Below are positions 1 to 8,700 of a stretch of 64,000 nucleotides of DNA, one piece after another. The stretch is from Klebsormidium nitens (Eukaryota > Plantae > Klebsormidiophyceae). Positions within the stretch are counted from its first letter, which is position 1. The number at the start of each line of letters is the position of its first letter. The stretch is from NCBI GenBank assembly GCA_000708835.1, contig DF237009.1, positions 1 through 64,000 on the forward strand, in the 5' to 3' direction. The notes below the pieces were generated by a model that was given only the letters and a program-made list of their open reading frames with translations, was not told where the DNA came from and searched no databases. Both the position numbers and the translations under genes were made by a program.

Positions 1-165
1 TCCACCCTGCGTCACCACTGAGGCCTCGAGCCCCCCCCCCCTAGATAAAAAATGGGGGGGTACCAGGTACAAAATGACGGTACCCTAACCGATCATGAGC
101 CAACAGTATTACATTGTGATCAAGAATCTCGCAAAGCTTGGACGAAAGAAGCTGACGAATGTCAA

Positions 166-986
166 TACTGGCACGCTATTAAATCTAGTCCACAGGGGAG
201 ATTTCAAGCTTTCCGTTCCTAGCGCCGTTCCGCCCCAGTCACCGTCTCCCAAGTGCCAACCCTGGCCGGACCAGGCGGACCGACCGACCGCCAGACCGGA
301 CAATCAGGTTCTAGCTGCCGGACCGGGCGGACCGACCGACCGTCGGACTGCATCATATCATGTCGTGGCTGCCGGACCAGGCAGACTGACCGACCGCCGG
401 ACCACATGTCCGACCCCGCGATCCTGGTCGGACCAGGCGGACCGACTGCCGGACCGCAAGTACCATACTGCCCCGGTCCGGCAGTCGGTCGGTCCGGGAA
501 GATTTCACCTTTGGTCTCGTCCATTGGGTCGGCCTGCCGGTACTGCTTGTACTGGAGGTCGCAAGGACCAGGCGGACCGACCGAGCGCTCGACCGAGGAA
601 AACACAGGGTTCAAGGTTACTACATAACCCTAACACGTTCCGCCAAGGCCGTACCCGAACCCACCCTAACCGCCAAGCTAACCCCACCAAGGTCACTAGG
701 AGGCTTAAGACAAACTAAAAACCTAAAGAAAAGTGACTAACCCCAACCCTAATTTGTCCCGCCGTGGGCTCACCCATACCCACCCTAACCCCCCTCCTAA
801 CCCCACCAAAGTCACTCGGGCGGTCGGTCGGTCCGTCGACTCCCCGGAGTCCAGCCACTGCTAAAACTCACCAATTATACTACGAATTAAATACTCAATT
901 AATTCAAGGTTCCGCCGCCGGTAAAGCACCGGAACAGGAGACCGGAGCTTAAAATCTCCCCTGTGGACCAGATTAGCGGGCCCCTA
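166..986. mobile_element. Non-autonomous hAT-like TIR element (MITE, 821 bp) with 8-bp TSD, GC-rich subterminal repeats and telomere-like core
   Basis: Perfect direct repeat AATGTCAA at 158-165 and 987-994. Left end TACTGGCACGCTATTAAATCTAGTCCACAGGGGAGATTTCAAGCT matches the reverse complement of the right end, TAGGGGCCCGCTA---ATCTGGTCCACAGGGGAGATTTTAAGCT. An 8-bp TSD with TA-starting TIRs is typical of hAT elements. No transposase ORF inside. Confidence 0.8.
263..835. repeat. Subterminal GCCGGACCAGGCGGACCGACCGACCG-type repeats inside the MITE
   Basis: About 5 direct degenerate copies (263-299, 314-350, 367-404, 425-456, 564-598) and inverted copies (468-499, 817-835). Spacing is irregular. 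Confidence 0.85.
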
Positions 987-1473
987 AATGTCAAGTGATT
1001 AAAGCCCCGCGATGGGGGTCAGAGCTCGGCGCATCTGAGGATTCATCTTCAGGATCTGTACTGACGTTAAAGATTTTCGGCTCAGAAATGAGCAAAACAA
1101 TACAATCGACTCTGTAAATTGCGCTAGACACTCTGGCCAATAAACGTGCATGCGCACCAAGTGCAGCTAACTCCAATTAGGATCCCGGGGGTTCAGATCT
1201 TCAGATTAATAATCCATCTTACAGCACTTCAGGATAGGTAGGACTCCAGCGCATGCGAGCTCCCCTGTGAAAAGCTCTGGCGCAGCAGATCTGTATTATG
1301 ACCCTTTGTGAGACAAAGTCAGCGGCGCGGGCGCTCTGATTATTCTTGCATATCGCACGATCCGCCTGCGACACCAAGACTTCGTGCTGCAAGAAGAGCT
1401 TTCTTCGTGACATCCATACAGGCCGTTGATATTTGAAGTTAACTGGGGCTATTTCGACCAGCGGGCCAGCTCT

Positions 1474-2509
1474 ATGGACGCCGACGAAACCTTTGAAAAG
1501 CAAGACGACGAGCTGATCTGCTTCATCCTGGACAAGCTCTTTCCTCTCGAATCGGACCTTTTGGAATGTCATGCCTCCCAGGGCGTGCAAGGCTTGGCCA
1601 GCTTCGCGCGCGCGTCGGGCCGCTGCGCGCGGTTTGTGAGGGAGCGCGCGTGGGAGGCGGCTTGCAGAAGGATCGCTCCGGAGGTCTGCGCGCAAATTGT
1701 GCAGCTCGGTGGGGAAAAGAGCAGCCCGAGAGACGCTGGCTGGATGAGCTTCGCTAAGCTGCTGACGTGGTGTCCCGGGGGCCAGGAATCCCCCGAGGGA
1801 ATGGAAGGTCATCCAGGCGATTCCGGAGAACAGCTTTCGAGCGCGGGAATGCAGGCTTGGTTGCAAGAATTAGGGAGCACTGGAGAGAAGGACGATTCCA
1901 GGAGCGTAAATGTTGTGACGGAAAGAGAACCGTTGGAAAGGTCTAGCAGCGCGCAGAAGATACATGATGCAGCTGACAGTGTTGGTGTCAGACCGCACCT
2001 GTATTGTCGCGGTCCATTCCCCCTAGAAATCCTTCAAAGCGTCTCCCTGGAGGAAGTCAAAGAGGTTTTCGGGGGCCAATTTTTTGCGGGCCCAGCAGAC
2101 CGGGGGCCTTTGTACATGGTGTGCTGCTCTCATGTGATCCCCCCTGGAGAAAGTTTCTACGATGGGGGCCGGACGGCTGATCAACAGGATCATTTATCGG
2201 GGCTTCATTGCTTCTGACGAGCTGTGGAAGAGCGCCCGAGGGGTGTACGCCCCGGGCGCCTGCCACTTCTGCGCGGGCCCCCGACGCGGACTACCGGTCG
2301 ACGAACCGGTGGATACGGCGGTGGATTTCAGGGTGTGCAGCTCGGGGCACGTGGTCGGTGTCGTCGAGCGCGCGCGCGAGGGGCGCCATCGAGCACCTTT
2401 CGGACGCTGGGGCTATTCGTTTTCAGAGAGCGAAGCAGAGGAGAACGGTTCTGAATGGAGCAGTGATGAGGACTATAGTGATCTTCCGCTAGTAGCGACT
2501 GGAGAATGA
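1474..2509 (+). pseudogene. EID1/EDL-like F-box protein, intronless, split by a +1 frameshift (pseudogene or assembly indel)
   Basis: Frame 1474-2217 encodes AWEAACRRIAP...AGWMSFAKLLTWCPG and LYMVCCSH. The +1 frame (2162-2509) continues IYRGF...CHFCAG...FRVCSSGHVVG plus an acidic tail. These match, in order, the EID1-like motifs LW..C..RAP, GW.AL.KL...C.G, LY.SDPCEH, G.FRG.F, CP.C, F.VC.NGH. Confidence 0.75.
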
Positions 2510-3394
2510 TCAATACTTGTCGAAAAATGGTGCGACGCTGATCAGTCGAGAAGAACTTGGCGAGTCTTGAGCAAGGAGGCCTACGTAGGATGAGCTGCGC
2601 TTAGGAGTTCTACTACATAACGAAGTCAACACGTACTATGTGGACCAATTTAGCGATACAGATATCATCAGCGGCCATTCTACTCGGGGCCAATCACTTG
2701 AGCTTTTGATCCATGAAGTCCACGTTTGATGCTCGATAACGAATGTGAGACTTGCCTTGAATGCTCTGAATACAAGAATCGAACTTCGAACCTGACCGTG
2801 GCCTTTCTACCGAGGCCAAACTTGTTAAGATTGAAGCGCGGCTTTGAGGGCTGAAGCTGGTTTGGTATCTACGTTTGAAACAAGTTAGGGCTTGTAATGC
2901 TATGCTTGTAACTTGCACATGCATTGTTAATCTCCGATCGCCGTCACGGTACCATGATGATGCTCATTGATGCCTCAAACAGCAGAATACTATCGAATCC
3001 ATAAACAACTATGAGACACCTGGAAAATTGCGAAACTCTCAATTGGAATACACCCGTGATGCTGATGGAGCCGTACAATCCCTTTGAATCTTTCTTGGCC
3101 ACGTCGAGCTGGCACAACTTTTCAGCCAGGCAAGGTTAAAGCCAATGTTACTACGTAGTGATCTGCGAGGGCGTCGCTCTCGGAGCCCGCGCGGGCGGCG
3201 GTACTTTATACTACTAAAGCGCGCGGTACGGTCGTGGGAACAGGCTGGGCGGAGGCCGCGCCGCGCATCCCTTTTTGTAAAACCCCGCAGCGCCGCGCGC
3301 GCGGCCGCCAGGCGCGCTCGCCCCCAGACCCAGATTATCTGGTTGTGACTGTTGTCCTCTTTCTGCTAATTCAAGCTCTCCCTTGCAAACAAGA

Positions 3395-4738
3395 ATGACG
3401 CTCTTTGACAAGCTGCCAGAAGAGATCAGCAGCCTAATCTGTGGCTTCATTTTTGCCTTCGACCTAGAGGTCGACGAACTCTGGCGCCTGCGGTGCGTAA
3501 CAACAGCGTGGAAGGAGGCGGTAGAAGAAGGAAGATTGGGAAATGCAGGCTCTTTCCTCAAGGCAGGGTTGCTCAAGTTTGCCTGACGCGTGTTTGATAG
3601 CCAGCAAAAAAACACGTACGCTAGCCTAGGGTTTATGAACGAAGCCAGATCGGTACTGTATGTACATCCTTTCGTGACAGGCAGGTATGGAAGGGGTCGG
3701 GAAGATTTGCAGTCAGGAGAGGAGTGGATTGACATTCCAGAGAGCCTGGTGGTACTCAACGACACGGTTTACGTGCTCAGCGAGCCAAAGCTGCCTCCTG
3801 GAAGTGGAGAGCATCTGCAACATGTGAACAAGATGCGGCTCCGGTCATATTCTACAAGAGAAAGCTGCTAGACTGAGCGGAGAGCCTTAGAGTTCGGGGA
3901 AGGAGAGGCTCCCGTGTCGCCAACGGCAGAGGGCCTTGTTCTTGGCGACAAGTTCTGCCCCGTCGAGAGCAGCTTCGTAGTGCAGGCTGCTTCAGGACGG
4001 TACATACTCGTCTTACATTATGCAGTCTGCGTTCGAGGAATCCCAGTACTCAACCACGAGGAACTTTGGATCAAGTCTCTGCATGCAAATCTGTACGACA
4101 CTCTGACTGACTCCTGGAGTCCCTTTGGGTTGCCAGAAACTATTCAGAGCACAGCTCCAAGCGGGCCATACGTCGATTTTCGTAATGGTGGAGGCAAGCT
4201 GGGGGACGTGCCTTGCGCTGCTAGTAGCGACGCCGTGTTCCTTCGAGAAGGCGCTGGGCCCCTCTTCATGCATCCTCTCAAAGCTGAGGAGCTTCAGAAG
4301 CCTTGGAAGTCCGTTCTCCTGAAGACCACGGCTGAGCTAGCAGATTTTCCAATCGTCGCTTCTGGTGGCAGCAGAGGAACCATTTTACAAGTACCTCACT
4401 GGACAGGAACTGGCAACGTCGGATTGAAGTGGAGCATCTTCAGACATACCCCTGACCAGGGACTGGTCAACTCAGACAGCTCCGAGAGTGCGACATTCAA
4501 CATGGTGGAAGAGCGCGAGTGGCACTTTCCACGGTGCCAGCCATACGAAATGTTTTCGGACATTCACGTGCACCTGCATCCTGTAGACAATGACCTGCTC
4601 ATCACTACCAAAGTAGAAGGCATGTGGCAAGGGACTCGACAACGGGTGGAGCTGGTAGTAGGGCCCTCCAAAAGCTTTCATGACAGCGAGGGGTTAGTCG
4701 TATGGTCCCGCCTGCTTCCCAATTTTGGTTTGAAATAA
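3395..4738 (+). pseudogene. F-box protein with a Kelch-like/beta-propeller-type C-terminal region, two in-frame stops
   Basis: ORFs 3383-3586, 3590-3871 and 3914-4738 share one frame and are separated only by TGA (3584-3586) and TAG (3869-3871). N-terminal F-box pattern LPEEI...LWRLRCVTTAWK. Kelch-like segments YSTRESC*TERRAL and LYDTLTDSWSPF. The Kelch assignment is tentative. Confidence 0.7.
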
Positions 4739-5798
4739 GACGGAAAAATATAGCGAACACGTTTTCGGTGTTCCTGGCTAAGTAATATTCAGATATTAAG
4801 ATGAGTATAATTGCTGACATACACGATGACAGAAGGAGAAACCTCGAAGCAGCTCAAAGTTGCGCCGGGTTGCATTGCCGTCCAAATCTGTTTCCCAATC
4901 ACAAAGAATAGCTTGATAATTCCTAAGTAACCCTCGGCCGATCTTCGCATGGACCGTACGTGATTAATGATTGCGATACTCTGGCTCACAATGTCCATGC
5001 ACAGATCCTGGAAGCCATTGGACACGCTGCACGGCAATGATTGACTGCCGCGAGCTGCACCATGCGCCGAAGCATGGAATTAAGAACGCCGGAGGTCAAT
5101 GCGTTAAAGGCACTTTCGATCATCCTACATAGAGTGACGGTGCATGGCCCGCCCTTTGATTGGCGGCCGGGGACACGTGTGAAGCAATTCCGTCTGAATC
5201 ACCTCAATATGGCGATCGTGTTTATATCCTCCTGCGCGTTAATGCATGTAGGTCTTTATCGGAGGCGTTTCTCTGAAGATCTCGCGTTGAATCTGCACAT
5301 CACGCTTGACGCCCATGTAGGGGTCGGGGGGCTCAATCATGGCGGATGTCAAATTTTGCAGGGCAACACTATCGTCATGATCGGAACCCAAAATTTTAGC
5401 ACACAGTGTCTCTAATCGTATCTAGCTCTTCGTTGATTGCAAAAAGTTGCTAGAAGAGCCGCCAACGTGTAGCGGCTTCAAATGAGCAGCAAGAGGCTCA
5501 ATATGCTCCGCTTACAATGTTGAATCAAGCGGTCCAGAGCGAATCATCTTATAAGCGTGCCAACGTTGGCTTCGTCGACAAGTGAGTAACCACAAGCGAG
5601 CTCATAGGTCAAGAAAGCAGTCCACGGGGAACATGGTGGCCGGGTATCATTCATCTCAAAGCGCCAAGCTTTGTCCAGATTCCAGCCATCCAACCACGTG
5701 GCCGTTTTGCAAACGCGTCTTGAGTACATCCCACTTTGAAAAATGCCTACCTAGCCCAACTACCTTTAACGGAAGAATGTTGTACAAGCGACGTGGCT

Positions 5799-8700
5799 TC
5801 ACTTAGACTCAGCAGCGCCCGCCGCCACTGGGGCGGGCATCGCCATCGCCTTCGTGGCAACGGCAGAGGCCGACTCTAGCGTCCGTTGTTTCTTGACGAC
5901 GTTGAATGCTTGTATCGTGTCCCCTACCGCCCACTCATTAAACCCGGAGACGTTCGCCCCGCACTCGTTGCCTTGCTCGACCTGCGACAGTTTCAGACAC
6001 AGCGAGTCAGGCAATCGATCCTCAACTGGAAGAAGTCGTTCACACCTTCGCAAGTGTGCTGTGACCGTCCGTCAAAACTAATCTTAAGATTGACCAAAAG
6101 TCCCCTGTGCTTATTTCCAAGAAAGTAGAGCTGGATCTTTGAATTCTACAGTTGTCTAATGCTTCGCAACAACAGAATAGGTCCCTCAATATTTTGAGAC
6201 CCCTTGAATCAAAGCGGCAGACAGCAAGGTCAACATTCCGCTCTGAAACCGTCCCAATCTGCAAAATAAACCCCAACAACAACCAAGTCCTTTCGTCCCT
6301 TAAACCCCTCTCGTAGAACTTTGACTCCAAACCCCTGACCCAAATGAACACCCTCACCTGTTTTGCCAACTCCTTGACCCGCCGCAAACTGTCCAGCTTT
6401 CCGAAGTAGACCTCCTTCTTCTTCCGGATCACCGCAATCGTGCAACCCTTAACTAGCTTTCCCTCCGTCACGATGCATCCGGCCGCCTTACCACTCCCGG
6501 CGGGGAACACGGCCTTCACTTCGGCAGTCCCAATGGGAATGCGCTCCTGCAGGAGATTGAACTTCATTGTCAGACGCGCATACGAGATACAGAGGTTAAA
6601 TTTAGTTGATTCGTCAGACGGGCATACGATAGTTGTACGATTGCTGTGCGAGAAGTGCGAGGGGCTATTTAAACGACCAATCGCACAGGCGTGCACGAGG
6701 CGTGTACGAGCTGGAAGGGTCGCCAACCGGTTGGCGAGGTGATGAAAAGAAGAGACTTGGAACTTTAGCATTGAGGCAGCACGACCGTGTGCAGTGTGCA
6801 CTTAATGTAATCGCAACTAGGCGAGCGTTTTTCTGTGGAGCGTGAAGCAGCAGTAGACTTTTTTGGCATTGTTGTGGGGTGAGGGGGTGAATCCCACGGA
6901 GATCGTTCACCGGATTGCGCGAGACTCTTCTGGTTCCGACTAAACTGTATCGCCTTCTCAAACGACAGGCTTGGACATCAGTGAACGCTCTCAACTTGCA
7001 TCAAAACGAAATCAACGTCAGAGACTCAGAATCACGTTCAAACAGGATCACCGAACAAGGGATGAACATTGCCGCACCTCCTCCGGTTCCATCATCCCCT
7101 CCATCGCCTTCCGAATATCGTCTACCAGATCGTAGATGACGTTGTACTGCTTCACCTCAATGCCCGTCTCCTTAGAGTGCGCTTCGGCGGCCGGCGGCAC
7201 CTGTCCGAGGCACGCTCTGAGCCGTCAGATGCCGCCTCTGGACGGTCCCGAAAGCATGTCGATGCGTTCGAGGGCCCCATTCAAATGTCTCTTCAATTTA
7301 GCAATAGTAAGGGCAAGCAATAGTAAGCTCCAATACTAACACTAAAACCTAACCTATAAAATCACCCGCTCCGCACCCGAACCCACCCTAACCCCCAAAA
7401 TAACCCTACCCGTCCCAGGCTGGTGAGCTTACTATTGCTAAAGCTTACTATTGCTAAGTTGAAGATTCTTCCCATTCAAGGGCAGCAACCAGCTCCGCGT
7501 TCACGAAACGCCTCTCTCAAGTGCATATGCAAAGCTCCCTGATGTAGGAGAGCGCCATTTTCTACTTCCTTAGATAGAAGATTCTCGGAACACGCCCACT
7601 GGCTAACAGGAGGAGCGTTGTGCGGAATTGGGTCCAAGGCCTGTCCTCAACCAATATGCAGAGTCCGGGCTAACAAGCGCGACTCCTTGTGCGGATTCCG
7701 GCTCGACAGAATAGCTGCCAAAGTTGCTTTCGTTCGAAAAGGCGCGTCCCCCTTACCTGCACGTTGAAGCCGAGCACGACCGCCTCGCTCGCCTGCGCTA
7801 GGTCGATGTCGCTTATGCTCACGTCACCGGTCATCGACAGCAGGAAGCGCAATCCGATCGTGTCCTGCGGCAACGCCTGCAGAAGGAAAGGACGTGGAGA
7901 GTGTTGTACCGCCACCTCAAAATTTGGACTCTGCAAGCACCAACAGCTCGTGCAATTCCCTTTACTTTCTGAACACAAAGCAGCAACAAAAGGAGGCGAG
8001 AGACTTGTCACCAGGACCAGACACACTCTTAAATTACGCACGAGATAGCTTAGGAGAAAAGCAAAAAAAATGCCACGGAAATGCACGACGAGCAGACGAA
8101 ACCCAAGCGGCAGCGCTCGATGCCGCGAGTCCCTTACTCTTAAGCCCAACGTTACCAAATTCCAGCAACTCAGACATCCCATCCCCTCGCCTCCAAGAGC
8201 TCTCTCAAGTCGCTTCCGCATCATCCCTGCCACATCACCCCTCAAACTTCCAGGACAGCCGTCGCCCCAAATCTAAGAAACACTGTCTGTCTGAAATCCT
8301 ACAAAAAAACCAAAAGCTCACCTCCAAAGCACTCCGGATCGCCTCCGCCGAGCCCGCCACGTCGACCTTCAGGATCAGGTTCAGCCGCCCAAACTCGAGC
8401 CCCTCCTCCGCGACCGCGGCTGCTGCCGCCAGCGATTGTAAAGTGATTTTGCCCTCGCCGGCCAGGTTAGCCAACCGCTGCGTCCGCTGTGTATACCCGC
8501 GCTCCTCCGCTTTTGAGCGAGCATCGTCTAGGTCGGGCCGGATCTCGAACACTTCACCCGCCGCAGGGACGCCGCTCAGGCCCATCACCTGGAAAGCACA
8601 AGCGTGTGTGTATGTCAATCTGTTCACTCTGCTGTGTCTCAGTTCAAAGGCGGGTGAGTCGCTTATCGGGATGCAACTAAAAGGTTTGTTGGGACGCAGA

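Noticed and set aside
31-62. C11...G7 hairpin near the window start
   Set aside because: Homopolymer pairing only and the upstream context is cut off, so no function can be supported.
263-600. CRISPR-like repeat array
   Set aside because: The repeats are degenerate, occur in both orientations and have irregular short spacers. The context is eukaryotic with no cas genes, so subterminal transposon repeats explain them better.
95-718. 207-aa ORF and overlapping ORFs at the left end
   Set aside because: They run through the GC-rich repeats of the MITE and give P/R/G/D-rich repetitive translations with no domain. The empty site would encode only a 24-aa peptide.
2121-2187. Small intron that would repair the EID1-like frameshift
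   Set aside because: The only phase-compatible donor (GTGCTG) is weak, and splicing would delete the conserved CCSH motif.
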